Part shown: positions 24,635 to 38,469 of the stretch, piece after piece
Layout: the number at the start of each line of letters is the position of its first letter
How positions within the stretch are numbered: position 1 is the stretch's first letter
Source: Mobula hypostoma
Lineage: Eukaryota
Assembly (NCBI RefSeq): GCF_963921235.1
Contig: NC_086107.1
Location: 94,984,001-95,048,000 of the forward strand
DNA length: 64,000 nt
Direction: 5' to 3'
Program-made: the position numbers and the translations under genes
The notes under the pieces: model-generated
What the model was told of the DNA's origin: nothing
Databases searched by the model: none
What the model saw: the letters and a program-made list of their open reading frames with translations, nothing else

Positions 24635-25633
24635 GGTTGCAACACTGTGTGTCCGACAGAGTGATCAGCAGCACTGGGGCTCCACAGGGGACTGTCTTGT
24701 CTCCCTTTCTCTTCACCATTTACACCTCGGACTTCAACTACTGCACAGAGTCTTGTCATCTTCAGAAGTTTTCGGATGACTCTGCCATAGTTGGATGCAT
24801 CAGCAAGGGAGATGAGGCTGAGTACAGGGCTACGGCAGGAAACTTTGTCACATGGTGTGAGCAGAATTATCTGCAGCTTAATGTGAAAAAGACTAAGGAG
24901 CTGGTGGTAGACCTGAGGAGAGCTAAGGTACCCGTGACCCCTGTTTCCATCCAGGGGGTCAGTGTGGACATGGTGGAGGATTACAAATACCTGGGGATAC
25001 AAATTGACAATAAACTGGACTGGTCAATGAACACTGAGGCTGTCTACAAGAAGGGTCAGAGCCGTCTCTATTTCCTGAGGAGACTGATGTCCTTTAACAT
25101 CTGTCGGACGATGCTGAGGATGTTCTACGAGTCTGTGGTGGCCAGTGTGATCATGTTTGCTGTTGTGTGCTGGGGCAGCAGGCTGAGGGTAGCAGACACC
25201 AACAGAATCAACAAACTCATTCGTAAGGCCAGTGATGTTGTGGGGATGGAACTGGACTCTCTGACGGTGGTGTCTGAAAAGAGGATGCTGTCCAAGTTGC
25301 ATGCCATCTTGGACAATGTCTCCCATCCACTACATAATGTACTGGTTGGGCACAGGAGTACATTCAGCCAGAGACTCATTCCACCGAGATGCAACACTGA
25401 GCATCATAGGAAGTCATTCCTGCCTGTGGCCATCAAACTTTACAACTCCTCCCTTGGAGGGTCAGACACCCTGAGCCAATAGGCTGGTCCTGAACTTATT
25501 TCCTGGCATAATTTACATATATTATTTAATAATTTATGGTTTTATATTGCTATATTTATACTATGTTGTTGGTTGGTGCAACTGTAATGAAACCAAATTT
25601 CTCTCGGGATCAATAAAGTATGACTATGACTAT
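24635..25633 (+). mobile_element. Young 5'-truncated Rex1/Babar-type LINE inserted in a CR1 3' fragment (24220-25735)
   Basis: Uninterrupted ~280-aa RT C-terminal ORF (GAPQGTVLSPFLF, QKFSDDSAIVG, YKYLG), then AATAAA and an (ATGACT)n tail. The CR1 sequence resumes after it. Confidence 0.92.
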
Positions 25634-25739
25634 GTGTAGGCAGAAGGGATTAGTTTTTCCTACTGGATTAATTAGTTGAGCACAACATCGTGGGAGAAAG
25701 GGCCCGTTCCTGTGTTGAGCTGTTCAGTGTTCTAATTTC

Positions 25740-27485
25740 TACAAGAACGAAATAGGAATAAAACCAACGCCACTGTTAGTACGGAGGGGTCACACCTTTG
25801 CTGCGTTGAGGCTGTGATCGGGGATGTGCTGATTGGCTCGGGAGCCGAATGGTGGAAGGGATTCGGCCGTTTCTGGACCTGGTGGTGTGGGACTACTGGC
25901 AGCGGTACCGCCCGATGGGATCTGAGAGAAAGTCGCAGGACCCAAACGGTGGGGATCTCTGTTGATGAGTTTTGAGGCAAAACCTCCTGTAGGTATTTGA
26001 GCTGGTTGGGGAGGGATGTGGCCATGATGTAACGGGCTGAGTCCGCTACGCTCTGCGGCTTCTAACGTTCCTGCGCATTCAGATTGCTGTAGCAGACCGT
26101 GACGCAACCCGTCAGGGCACTTCCAACGGTGTATCTGTAGAAGTTTGTTAGTGCTCGGTGACAAACTGAGCCTCCTCAGTAAAGAAGGCGTACAATACGC
26201 TCGCCTTTATTTGCAGGTGCACTGAGTGCAAGAGTCAGGAAATTGTTCTGCAACTTTACAAAAGCCTGGCCAAGCCACATCTGGAGTTTTACATTCGGCC
26301 TGGTCACCCCATCAGAGGAAGGGTGTTGGGGGGTGTGTTCGCTTTTGGAGAGGGCACAGAAGAGATTCACCAGGATGCTGCCTGGGTTAGAGGGTATGAG
26401 CTCTACAGAGAGGCTGGACAAACTTGGGTTGTTTTCTCTGGAGCAGCGGAGGCTGAGGAGAGATCTGATCGAGGTCTGTAAGATTATGAGAGGCACAGCT
26501 AGAGCGAACAGCCGAGGCTGATTATCCAGCACAGGAGGAAGAAGCCAGACTTCCACCAGCCAGTCCTCATTAGGGGACTGGATGTGAAGTGCATCAATAA
26601 CTTTAACTTCCTTGGCCTTATCTCAGAGGGTCTGTCCTGGGACCAGCATGTAAGGGGCATCACAAAGACAGTCTCAGAAGCTTGTGTGGACTTGGAATGT
26701 CACCAAAAAACTTTGACAAACTTCTACAGACGCACACTGGAGAGTTTCCTGATTGGTTGTATCATGGCCTGGCATGACTACGCCGGGAATAGAAACAACT
26801 ACAGAAAGTAGTGGATACAGCCTGGTCCATCACAGGCAGAGTCCCACCACTGTACACGTTTGCACAGAGGGCTTCCACAAGAACGAATCGTCCATTATCA
26901 AGGTGTTTTTCTTGCTACGGCCATTGGACAGGAGGTACAAGGGCCTTAGGTCCCACACCACCAGATCAGGAACAGTTATCACTCCTGCAACCATCAGGCT
27001 GCTGAACTGACATGGATAATTTCACTCACCTCAACTGTGAACTGATTCCACAACCTACAGACTCACTTTCAAAGGCTCTTTACAACTCATGTTCTCAATA
27101 TTACTTTTTTATTTGCACAGTTTGGCTTCTTTTGCACATTAGTTGTTTGTATAGTTCTTCCGTAAATTCTATTGTATTTCTTTATTTTCTTGTAAAGCCC
27201 TGCAAGAAAATGAGTCTCAAGCAAGCACTGTATACGATAATTTAATTTGAACTTCGGCATGATAAGACGGACTCTAGACCTCACAATCTACCTTGTTATG
27301 GTCTTGCCCCTCATTATTCTCTGCTTGCTTTGCCTTTCTTGGTAGCTGTTACACTTTATTCTGCATTCTGATATTGTTTTACCTTGTACTACCTCAATGC
27401 ACTGTGTAATCGTTTGATCTGTCTGTAGGCGAGAACGGCTTTTCACTGTATCTCAGCACATGTAGCAAAAATAAACCAATTTCAA
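25740..27485. mobile_element. Mixed Rex1-type (both strands) and CR1 LINE fragments
   Basis: LERAQKRFTRMLPGL (CR1). FNFLGLISEGLSW and LTNFYRRTLES (Rex1). Confidence 0.7.
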
Positions 27486-27641
27486 ATCATCACACACTCC
27501 CAGGGTCAGATACGGGTGGAGTTACCTCTACACCATCCCATCACACACTCCCAGGGTCAGATCTGGGGCAGAGCTCTCTCTGTACCATCCTGTCACACAT
27601 TCCCAGGTTCAGATACAAGATGGAACTCAGTTCAGCTACAA

Positions 27642-28860
27642 CAGTGGTCCCCAACCACCGGGCCTCAAAGCATGTGCTACTGGGCCGTGAGGAAACAATA
27701 TGATTTGGCGATATGAAACAATATGAGTCAGCTGCACCTTTCCTCATTCCCTGTCACGCCCACTGTTGAACTTGAACGCACACGAGGTATCAGTGACCCA
27801 AGACGCAATTGACTCAAGTTGTGCAAGGAATGGGTCTTGTGAATGTTTCTGGTGAATTTTCCATGTCAGTGCAGGAAAAAGATGAACACCTCGAGCTTGC
27901 AAGTGACGGTGGGCTGAAAAGTATGTTTGACATAACATCTCTGCCGGCATTCTGGATCAAAGTCAAGGCTAAATATCCTGAGATAGCCACGAAAGCACTG
28001 AAAACGTTGCTTCCATTTCCAACATATCTCTGCGAAGTGGGGTTTTCTGCAATGAAAACTAAATTGCGGAATAGACTGGACATAAGGAACCCCCTTCGAG
28101 TATCGCTGTCTCCCATCACCCCTCGATGGGACCATCTTGTTGCAGGGAAACAAGCCCAGGGCTCCCACTGATTCAGCGATATTGGTGTGTTGGAATGATT
28201 TTATATGTTCATACGGGGAAAATATGTGTTTAATATACAAATGTTACTTATAATGTTATGATGCTATTGACTTATAATTCAGTGGTCCCCAACCTCCTGG
28301 CTGCGAAGAACGCAGGGGTACTGCGGTAGCCAGAACGCACCCGGCACATCTTTAAGAAAAAGCCCGAAATAAACAAGCTAATTGATTAGGTACCGCCCGA
28401 CACGTAAATGTTGGCCCAGATTGGAGGCCCAGATCCGATTGTGTCGCCTCTGATCTGGGCCAACATTTACATGTCGAGTGGCATCAAATCAATTAGCTTG
28501 TTTATGTTGGCTTTTTTCTTAAAGGTGTGCTGGGTGTGTTGGGACTACCGCTATATCGCTGCATTCTTCACGGGAATGTATCAGCCCGCGGCCCAGAGGT
28601 TGGGAACCACTGTTATAATTGACTTATCACTACATTCATGCTAAGAAAATATGCGTTGTGTGTTTAATATTAAATTCGTTAGATAAACCCCTTTAAAAAC
28701 GAAATTGAGTGTATTTGCCACTTATAAGTGACTTATCACCTATTTTCCGGTCGTGATTAACACCCACCCTGCCCCCCGCACCTCCCCACGGTCAGCCAGT
28801 CTGCAAGAATATTGTCAATATTAAACCAGTCCGCAGTGGAAAAAAGGTTGGGGACCCCTG
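27642..28860 (+). mobile_element. hAT (Charlie/Buster-like) deletion derivative retaining the transposase C-terminal dimerisation domain (~27870-28171)
   Basis: TIRs cagtggtccccaacc / ggttggggacccctg and near-perfect TSD agctacaa/agcttaca. Peptide FWIKVKAKYPEIATKALKTLLPFPTYLCEVGFS...KLRNRL...KQAQGSH. Confidence 0.9.
28280..28612. mobile_element. Near-palindromic hAT MITE nested in the Charlie-like element
   Basis: TIRs cagtggtccccaacct / aggttgggaaccactg and perfect 8-bp TSD ttataatt. Internal inverted arms gtaaatgttggcccaga / tctgggccaacatttac. Confidence 0.92.
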
Positions 28861-29230
28861 AGCTTACAAGGTGGAGCTCCCTCCACACCATTGTATCATA
28901 CACTCCCAGATTCAGCCACAAGGTGGAGCTCCCTCCACACCATTGTATCATACACTCCCAGATTCAGCCACAAGGTGGAGCTCCCTCCACACCATTGTAT
29001 CATACACTCCCAGATTCAGCCACAAGGTGGAGCTCCCTCCACACCATTGTACCATACACTCCCAGATTCAGCCACAAGGTGGAGCTCCCTCCACACCATT
29101 GTATCATACACTCCCAGGTTCAGCCACAAGGTGGAGCTCCCTCCACACCATTGTATCATACACTCCAGGTTCAGCCACAAGATGGAGCTCCCTCCACACC
29201 ATTGTATCATACATTCCCAGGTTCAGCCCC
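28861..29230. repeat. Variant 52-bp minisatellite array (aggtggagctccctccacaccattgtatcatacactcccagattcagccaca), continuing the units at 27488-27640
   Basis: About 7 tandem copies homologous to the 19.5-21.4 kb unit. Confidence 0.9.
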
Positions 29231-31405
29231 AAGAGCACTTCCCGTTTTTACCTCCTACCCAAGATCCACAAACCTGCCTGTCCAGATAGTCCCATTGTCT
29301 CAGCTTTCTCCTGCCCCACTGAACACATTTCTGCATACATCAACACTGTTTTATCCCCCCATATGGCCCTTGTGGCTACAGGGGTCGGGGGTATGGAGGG
29401 AAGGCTGAGGTGGGGTTCTGAGTTGGATGATCAGCCATGATCATAATAAATGGCGGTGCAGGCTCGAAGGGCCGAATGGCCTACTCCTGCACCTATTTTC
29501 TATGTTTCTATGTTTCTATGTTCAATCCCTTCCTACCTATATTCGTGACACTTCTCACGCTCTGAAACTTTTCGATGATTTTAAGTTCCCTGGCCCCCAC
29601 CGCTTTATTTTCACCATGGACGTCCAGTCCCTATATACTTCCATCACCCACCAGGAAGGTCTCAAAGCTCTCTGCCTCTTTTTGGATTCTAGACCTAACC
29701 AGTTCCCCTCTCCCACCACTTTGCTCCGTCTTAGCGGTTAGTCCTTACTCTTAATAATTTCTCCTTTGGCACTTCCCATTTCTTCCAAACTAAAGGTGTA
29801 GCTATAGGCACCCATTTGGGTCCTAGCTATGCCTGTCTTTTTGTTGGCTTTGTGGAACAATCTACGTTCCAAACCTACTCTGGTATCTGTCCCCCACTTT
29901 TCCTTCGCTACATCGACGACTGCATTGGCGCTGCTTCCTGCACGCATGATGAGCTAGTTGACTTCATTAACTTTGCCTCCAACTTTCACCCTGCCCTCAA
30001 GTTTACCTGGTCCATTTCCAACACTTCCCTCCCCTTTCGAGATCTTTCTGTCTCTATCTCTGGAGACGGCTTATCTATTAATGTCTACTATAAGCCTACT
30101 GACTCTCACAGCTAGCTGGACTATTCCTCTTCTCACCCTGTCTTTTGCAAAAATGCCATCCCCTTCTCGCAATTCCTCCGTCTCCCCCGCATCTGCTCTC
30201 AAGATGAGGCTTTTCATTCCAGGACAAAGGAGATGTCCTCCTTTTTTAAAGAAAAGGGCTTCCCCTCCTCCACCATCAACTCTGCTCTCAAACGCATCTC
30301 CCCCATTTCACACACATCTGCTCTCACTCCATCCTCCCGCTGCCCCACTAGGAATAGGCTTCCCCTGGTCCTCACCTACCACCCCACCAGCCTTTGGGTC
30401 CAACATATAATTCTCCGTAACTTCCGCCATTTCCAAGGGATCCCACCACTAAGCACATCTTTACCTCCCCCCACCCCCCACTTTCCACAGGGATCACTCC
30501 CTATGCGACTCCCTTGTCCATTCGTCCCCCCCATCCCTCCCCACTGATCTCCCTCCTGGCACTTATCCGTGTAAGCGGAACAAGTGCTACACATGCCCTT
30601 ACACTTCCTCCCTCACCACCATTCAGGGCCCCAGACAGTCCTTCCAGGTGAGGCAACACTTCACCTGTGAGTTGGCTGAGGTGATATACTGCATCCGGTG
30701 CTCCCGATGTGGCCTTCTATATGTTGGCGAGACCCAACGCAGACTGGGAGACTGTTTCGCTGAACATCTACGCTCTGTCCGCCAGAGAAAGCAGGATCTC
30801 CCAGTGGCCACACATTATAATTCCACATCCCATTCCCATTCTGACATGTCCGTCCACGGCCTCCTCTACTGTAAAGATGAAGCCACACTCAGGTTGGAGG
30901 AACAACACCTTATATTCAATCTGGGTAGCCTCCAACCTGATGGCATGAATATTGACTTCTCAAACTTCCGCTAATGTCCCACCTCCCCCTCGTACCCCAT
31001 CCGTTATTTATTTATATACACACATTCTTTTTCTCTCTCTCCTTTTTCTCCCTCTGTCCCTCTCACTATACCCCTTGCCCATCCTCTGGGCTTTTTCCCC
31101 CTCCCCCTTTTCCTTCTCCTTGGGCCTCCTGTCCCATGATCCTCTCATATCCCTTTTGCCAATCACCTGTCCAGCTCTTGGCTCCATCCCTCCCTCTCCT
31201 GTCTTCTCCTATCATTTCGGATCTCCCCCTCCCCCTCCTACTTCTAAATCTCTTACTAGCTCTTCCTTCAGTTAGTCGTGACGAAGGGTCTCGGCCCGAA
31301 ATGTCGACTGTACCTCTTCCTAGAGATGCTGCCTGGCCTGCTGCGTTCACCAGCAACTTTTATGTGTGTTGCTTGAATTTCCAGCATCTGCAGACTTCCT
31401 CGTGT
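29230..31405 (+). mobile_element. Penelope-like element (RT + GIY-YIG endonuclease), 5'-truncated and degenerate, with a CR1 3' end inserted at ~29361-29520
   Basis: [40 protein letters not shown], and VIYCIRCSRCGLLYVGETQRRLGDCFAEH. Confidence 0.93.
31274..31309 (+). ncRNA. Degenerate minimal hammerhead ribozyme in the Penelope terminal repeat
   Basis: agtc-gTGACGA-a-ggg-tctcgg-ccc-GAAA-tgtc-gact matches the CUGANGA/stem II/GAAA/UH layout, with a C>G change in the CUGA core. Confidence 0.6.
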
Positions 31406-31439
31406 TGGAGCTCCCTCTGTCCCGGGTTCAGACACGAGT

Positions 31440-34400
31440 TGGGGCTGCTCTGATTGAGCTGGAATAAATTGAGGAAATCTGTTGTATAAAGTTTGCAGGA
31501 GGTACAGAGAGCTCCTGAACCTCTGAGTGAGTGGCTGTCTTAGTCTTGGAGTTTATCCGCCTGCTTGGACTGTATCCGTTTGCGGCTGCTAACTGTGCAT
31601 CTTCTAGCTGCGGCCGCTGGCAACTCACCAAGAAGCTGTTTTGTTCCATAAGCAAGGGAGACACCATTGTCCCCCTGTATCACCATGTTTCTCAGTCAGT
31701 GTGGGTGCCAGAGTGTTTGAGACGCCTCGCCCCTTCGCGACCTGGTCCTTCTTTAACACCGATGGAGCCTTTCCTGGCGTTGGAACTTCTGGCGCCGTGC
31801 CTAGAGGGACTGTCGAGTGCTGGGTGTTTTTCTACTGCACCAACAACAGAAGTTTCCTCTTCCTCTGGGCTGTTTAAGCAGCACAGGCTGGTCTGGACCG
31901 TCTGCAACATGCTCCAGCTCTTCTCAGGATCCCAGGACGTACCGACGGCCACACCGACGGGATCTGCGGACTGCAGGAAGTTCCAGACTCTTCCATCCAG
32001 GAACACAACTTGCTCCCGGGCTTTTTCAGCAGACACTGCTGCTCATATTTTAGTAGTGATCAGTCTATTTGTTTCTTCTTTCGGACGGCAGTGCCGCCAC
32101 ACTAGACCGGTCTCCGGGGAACTATGTAGGGGCAGCTGCCTCTGCACCCTCAGACAGCACCCTGTCTCAGACAGTGGAGGACGAACATCGGGCTCAATGC
32201 ATTTTCTGCTCCGGAGCTCAAAGGCCAATGGAGGACCTGGTTGGGTAGGTGGTACCTGGGCCACCGAGAAAGAGTTCGGGAAGGTGGTGCTCTATCTGAG
32301 GTTTGGCGAGTTGAGCACCGGGCTCTCGGTAGAGGGATCACGGTCAGAGACACACTTTTACAGATGTAGCTCCCATGCAGCGGATCGTCCTTGGGCATAT
32401 CATACCCAGATCACTGCCATCAGACATACGTTTAAGAGACGCACCCTCCGCAGCATAGTCTCTTCCCAGCGCCAGCTCTTTATGTATGTGTCATGGGAGG
32501 AGGAGTTTACAAAGGGGTAAACTACCAGATGTACTGGGGCACCCAGCGCCCGCAGTGCCATGTGTGTGGGGAGGTGGGGCACTTGCGGAGGGACTGTCCG
32601 AAATCCCGGCCAAAGGAGTCCCACCTCTGGCACCACCGACCCCCACAACGACATGTCAATTAAATAAAAAGCACGCACACGGGACATGGTTTTAACTGGT
32701 GTGTTCACATTGCAGCGAGAGAGAGAGAACAATGTGAATGCGTAGACAACAGATCAATACGTAGTGATAAGGGCGGGGTCATTTCTCTAAAAGAAATAAA
32801 TCCATACATTACATTTCCTCCCCCTTTAGATTAATACAACGTAAAACTGTACATGTACAAAGCATTCAATTTCCTTTTCATAAACCTATATTCCAAATAA
32901 ACCTCCTTTCACAATAACAGTCCATAAATAACTTCACAGTTCTAAAGGTTCAGTCTTTTGGGTTGCACTTTGTTTCTTTCAAGATAACGCCTCTGGACCT
33001 GTGGAGTGGAATCAGGTTTGGCAGGTGTCTTGTCTAAGACAATGTTCTTGGTTTCTGGTGTCAGATTGCTGTCAGTGGCATCATCACTGAGAGGTAAATC
33101 CTGTGATTGAAATGTGTCCGTCTTGTTGGACGCAGTCAGCTCAGGTGTGTTCTTCAGCTGAGCATCCAGTATCTGGTCCACATGACGTCTCCATGTCTGA
33201 TCTCCAACATCCACTGTGTGCATCAGTGGTCCAGTTCTCGTAGCTGTCCTACCGGGTGTCCACTTGGTAATCACGCGCTTGGAGCTCCTGTCCAATCTCG
33301 AAGTTCCTTGCGGCTTCATTTTGCAACTGGCTGAACTTCCCACCGTAGATCTGGTTTCAGGTCTATGCAAGATCTCAAATTCCTGTTCATGAACAACATT
33401 GCAGGTGTTTGATTTGTCTTCGCATGAACAGAGTTCCGATACACAAAAAGGAAGTTGTCCACCTTGTGCTGTAGAGAAATCCCCTCCTTATCCATCGCTT
33501 CTTGAAGGTTTGGATAAACCTTTCAGCTAACTCGTTCACAGCTGGGTGGCGTGGACGATGTCTGATGCCACTTTTTTTTCCACGAACGCTCTGAATTCTT
33601 CTGACTTGTATTGTGGTTCATTGTCACTGACGATTGGTTCTGGCGAGCTGTTTCTGGCGAGGGTAGTCCTCAGAGCGGAGACAGTCTTTGCTGAGGTGGT
33701 TGACTTCATTGGTATAACCTCCAGCCACTTCGAATGAGCATCCACATGGAGTCCATAAATGGCCCAGCAAACACTTTGCCATGGTGCCATGGTGACTCCC
33801 AGGGGTGGATCAGTGCCTGTGGGGGTGCATCTTGAACCTTTTGGCATCCTGAACAGTTTTTGGCCGAGTTCTCAATCTGTTCATCTATTCCCGGCCACCA
33901 CACATGGCCCCAGGCAAGACTCTTCATCTTGACTATACCCAAGTGTCCAATATGCAAATTTTCCAAGGCTTTTAGGAACAGAGCTCAACGTTGTAACTGG
34001 GTAGCGGTCATCCCTGGAATTCCCTTCCCGGAATTGAAAGTGGGCACAAGGGGCTGGTGGTCTGTCACTAGCGTAAGCTTTTGTCTGTGGAGGTAGTGGT
34101 GGAACTTCTTTATTCCCCATGCTAGACTAAGGGCCTCTCAGTCGATCTGTGTGTAGCTGCATTCTGCACTCGTCAGTGATCTTGGAGCAGATCCATAGCC
34201 TGTGACAAAACAGCTCCAATGCCATAAGGGGACGCGTCACACACCGGTCTGATGGGCAGGGATGGGTCATAATGGGTGAACAGTTCATCAGATGTTACTA
34301 GTCTCTTTCTTTCCTTGAATCCTCATTTCTTCCTGACCATTTCCACTTTGCTCCTGTCTGTAACAGTGTGTTCAATGGATGCAGCACCGTAGCAACGTCT

Positions 34401-37400
34401 GGGAGAAACAGGAGGTAGAGGTTTACAAGGCCCAAGTATGACCTGAGTTGTGACACATTTTCCAGTTTGAGTGCCCGTAGCACTGCTTCAATCTTCTCTT
34501 GAGACTTACGTCACAATATGAGATTTATTTCTTGAAAAACTCACATTTCTCTCTCTCTGCACACGGGCCACACTCACTCAGCCTGCTAAGCACTTTATCA
34601 GGTGCCCTTCATCATTCCTGCCAGTCACGATGATGTCATCAAGGTAACACCGTGTTCCTGGGATATCTTGGAGCACTTGATCCATTGCTCTTTGCCAAAT
34701 TGCTGGAGCTGATGCGATGCCAAAGACAAGACACTGGAAGGTACTGGAACAGTCCCTCACGAGTGTTGATTGTGAGGAACTTACTACTTGACTCCTCAAT
34801 CTCCATTTGCAGGTAGGTTTGTGACAAGTCAGTCTTTGAAAACCTCCCCCTGCCTGCCAAAGATGCAAAAATGTCTTTGATTCATGGCAGGGGACACTGC
34901 ACAGTACATAGCACTGGGTTGATGCTCACTGTGAAATCCCCACATATGTGAACGGCTCTGGCCTTCTCTTCCTTGATCACTAGGACAATGGGCATGGCCC
35001 AATCCCTCCACTCTACCTTGGAGAGAATTTCAGATGCCTTCAAGCTCTGCAGTTCAGCATCCATTTTAGGACATAGTGCGTAAGGTACTGGACATGCTTT
35101 ATGGAATCTTGGTGTTGTTGTTTCATCCAGTTCAATCCTGGCCTCCATGCTTTAGAGTTTACCAATCTCCTTCTCAAACACCTTCTCATTAGCATTAAGC
35201 TGCTGTGCCAGTCTCTGGTTAGTGCTACCATTGGGGTGGCCGTTGCCTGTCGATGTCACACTGACAGCTTTGACAGCCGGTCTAGTTGGATTTTTCTCAA
35301 CCATTCACATCCAGAAAGTGCTGGCCCTCCACTTTTCCATTCATAAAGGTCTAACTGCTGTGTTTGGCCTCCAGACGTCACATTCACTTTCAGTTTGCCT
35401 TTGGGAGACAGCTTTTCACCTGCATTAAGTCCTTAGCATCACTGAGGTCTTCTCTAATGGTAGCTTAGAAAACAGTCTGTTGTAGTCAGCCTAGGAAATT
35501 ACAGACAAAGCTGACCGTGTATCCAGCTCCATTTACAGTTTTACACCAGACACTTCTATTGTGATCCAAATGATTTTGTGATCTGCTTCAGTTATAGACA
35601 TGACAGGTCACCTTTGTCAGACTCTATGTTGTCTGATTCTGGTTCACATTCAGTAACTTTATGCATTTGCTTATTTTTGTGTTTGAAACTTATCAGTCAG
35701 TTGCGCAATTAACTTGTCAGTCTTGCACACTCAGTGCACAACGACATATCAATTAAATAAAAGCATGCATGCCGGAGATGGCTTTATCTGGTGAGAAAGA
35801 GAGAGAGATAGAGAGAGAGAGGGAGAGAGAAACAATCTGCATGTTCAAACTGGGGGGAGTTGCTCTAAAAGAAATAGATCCACACATTATTGCCCTTACC
35901 CCTGTCCCTGCTCCAGCCCCTGTGATTCGGGTGGGAGAACCTGAGGCAATGTGTAGCGAGGGTGTGGCAAAGGATGGGAGAGGAGAGCTGTGACGGGAAG
36001 GTGAATAACAAGTCCAAACACCCGAGGAAGCTGGCCCCTGAGAACGCAGATCTGACGCCCGACCCGGTGTCTTGTCCAGAGGAATCCGGTTGCAATGAGA
36101 TTCAACGGGAGGCCGAGGGAAGTGCGCGGATGGATGGGGTGATGGAAGTGGAGGGTGTCGGTGGTCCCTGTACCTGCGTGCTCATCCGGCCTGAGGAGAT
36201 GGAGCTCTTCTCCCATTGGGGGAGAGAGCATAGACGTGAAGGTCGGACCCAAAGCTGAACTCCTAGATGTGGCTCAACCCCTGTGGTGGGTGAGTGTGTG
36301 TACAGGAAGGTGCTGTGGCCCTGATCTGGCCATGAGAACTCTGCACCCAGTACTCGTTAGTTAGTGTCTCCTTAGAGGTGAGTACACTGAGTAAAGATGG
36401 CAAAGCAGTGACCAGCCCCTCTCACTCTCAGGATCCAGTTCCTGTGGATTCCGAGAACTAGAGCTGTCAGGGTCCACTTTGGGCCTGGTCCTTGAGGTGA
36501 GGGATGTATTCACCATGCTGACCCCATCAACCTTTGTTTCACAAGGAATTCCCGGGCATGATCCCTCCTGGGGGTAGGGCTGAGGTGAGGCTGGAGCTGG
36601 CTGGTGTGAGTGAGGTGTGGGTTGGAAGTGCTTTCATCTGCTGGTACATTCTGGAGGAAGATGGGGGCTCTGGGTGCAGTGAGGGGGTGGAGGGAGACTC
36701 ATTTGATAGTGAGTCAATGGATATCCTCACCCCTCCCGAGAAGTCCCCGCTGATACCCGTGGAGGAAGTCAGAGATTTATTCTCACCTCCGGCCGAAACC
36801 GGTCTAGCATGCCGAGTTTGGTGAAATCTTTGCCTGTCTTGCTCAGACGGAAGGGCAAGGGGAAAGGGAATGCTTTGTCTGGGAATGGCAGGCGACAGCT
36901 AAAAACCTTCCTGGATGACCTGGCGGGAAGCAGCCTCGATCCTTCGAGCGATAGCAGGTCACGAGGTGGCGTTGGCACTACTCGAGTCAGGGGCACTCTT
37001 GCTGTTTTTAGTGGGTGATGGGTAGAGGGAGGCATCGCTCTCGCCGGGAAGGGTAACGGCGCAGAGGCCCAGTGTACTCCGGGCAGGAAGCTCACTGCAG
37101 CTATCCTCAATGTGAACGGCAGCAGAGTTTCTCTCCGCCGATTTCATAATCTTTCAGTCGTTGGGGATGGGAGATAAGCGGTGGGTTTCCTGCAGGAAAC
37201 CGATACCACCCCTCACCCCAGGGGATGAGTTCACTTCGCTCCTGGAGTGGCGGGGAGTGTCTAAATGAGCCACTTCAGTTCCATCTCTGGAGGGGGGGGT
37301 GGCGATCTTGTTGACCCCCAGCCTTCCGGCCGGAGACCGGAATATCGTTCCCGGCCGGAGATCAGGATGTTGTTCCCGGCTGGAGATCGGGATGTCGTTC

Positions 37401-38062
37401 CCGGCCGTGCGCCTGGGCGGTGTGCCCCGAGGCGCGGTGTTGCAGCCCCGCCAGTTCCCTCAGGTGTCCACGCTGCTCGACCCTAGGGACGGCGCCACCC
37501 TCGAGGGAGACTTCAACCGAACCCTCAGAGTGGAGGACCCGTCTGGTGTCCGGTGCGACCCAGCATCCGTAAAGGAGTTAAAAGGGCTAGTCGGCTCCTT
37601 TGACTTGGAGGGCCCCTGGCGGAACCTTCACCCTGACTCTAGCGCCTTCTCGAGAAGGTCGGGGAGGGGGGTCCTGCATAGACCGTCTCTGCATCTCCCC
37701 CATGAAGGCATCTTCCATGCGGCCGGTGACCATCTCTTCGTGTGGATGGAGTTTGCTGCCCCTGTACTCTCGGGTGGGATCCCGGCACTGGCACTTTAAC
37801 AACCGGCTGCTGGGAGACAGCTGATTCTGGGATTCGTTCCGAGCATTCTGGGCCATCTGGAGGAAGAGACGGAGTGGTGGGGGAGGTTTGTTCCCAGCGG
37901 CTATGGTGGGATCCGGTTTTCATGTCGGGAGTACACTAGGAGATCGACAAAGAGGCGGGGCTCTGAGACTGAGCGGCTTGAGAGAGCGTTGCTTGACCTA
38001 GAGTCCCACCTTGATCTGACCACTGGGGACCAACAGTTATGGCCGGAAGAGGAGAAGTTGTG
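31440..38062 (+). mobile_element. Older Tx1/L1-clade LINE: ORF1 with zinc knuckle, split by a Gypsy insertion, and ORF2 endonuclease (~37085-38060). Probable 3' end at ~42075-42455
   Basis: CHVCGEVGHLRRDCP knuckle at ~32555-32600. LTAAILNVNG, LQET, GDFN, IDR and HWHFNNRLL motifs. The distal piece has HCVFQCRL and AATAAA. Confidence 0.75.
32644..35890 (-). mobile_element. Degenerate Ty3/Gypsy LTR retrotransposon (PR-RT-RNaseH-IN), gag largely deleted
   Basis: Direct repeats at ~32644-32813 and ~35737-35890. PPT aaagggggaggaaa precedes the TGT LTR start at 32813. Motifs MELDT, YLDDIIVTG, CDASPYGIGAVL, HIGHLGIVKMKSLA...CSGCQ, VDAHSKWLEV and IVSDN. Confidence 0.92.
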
Positions 38063-38469
38063 ACTGAGGTTGTGACCCCTCAGCTGAATACCCCAGGTCC
38101 CTCCACAAGACAAGGAGGGGCCCACGGAGGAGGGGGGAGCGGGGGTCAAGAGGAGGAATGGCGGGTGCTGAAGAGGAAGAAGTCCCGGAAGACACCACTG
38201 CCGTGGGCAGAAGGAACAGGAGGAAGAGGGCAGGGCAACAGACAAATGCCAGCTACCTCTCCTCATCAGAGGATGAAGCAAGCCCGAGAAACCGACGCCG
38301 CAGGCAAAGGTAGCGTCGAACCGGAGAGGAAAGAGTAGAAAGAAGCAACAGGCAATTATGGACGGGGAAGGAATTCGGCCCCGGAGACTAGTAGCAGCAT
38401 AGTGACTGTCAGCGCTTAGCTCCAGGAGACTGGGATCAGCACCGCACCCAAATGAAACCAGCTCCGAGA

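Noticed and set aside
27809-28171. Domesticated ZBED5/Buster-like host gene
   Set aside because: Only a C-terminal fragment with deletions remains, lying between TIRs and a TSD.
31531-32520. 329-aa novel host gene
   Set aside because: It leads via a frameshift into a CCHC knuckle and lies upstream of a Tx1 endonuclease, so it is LINE ORF1.
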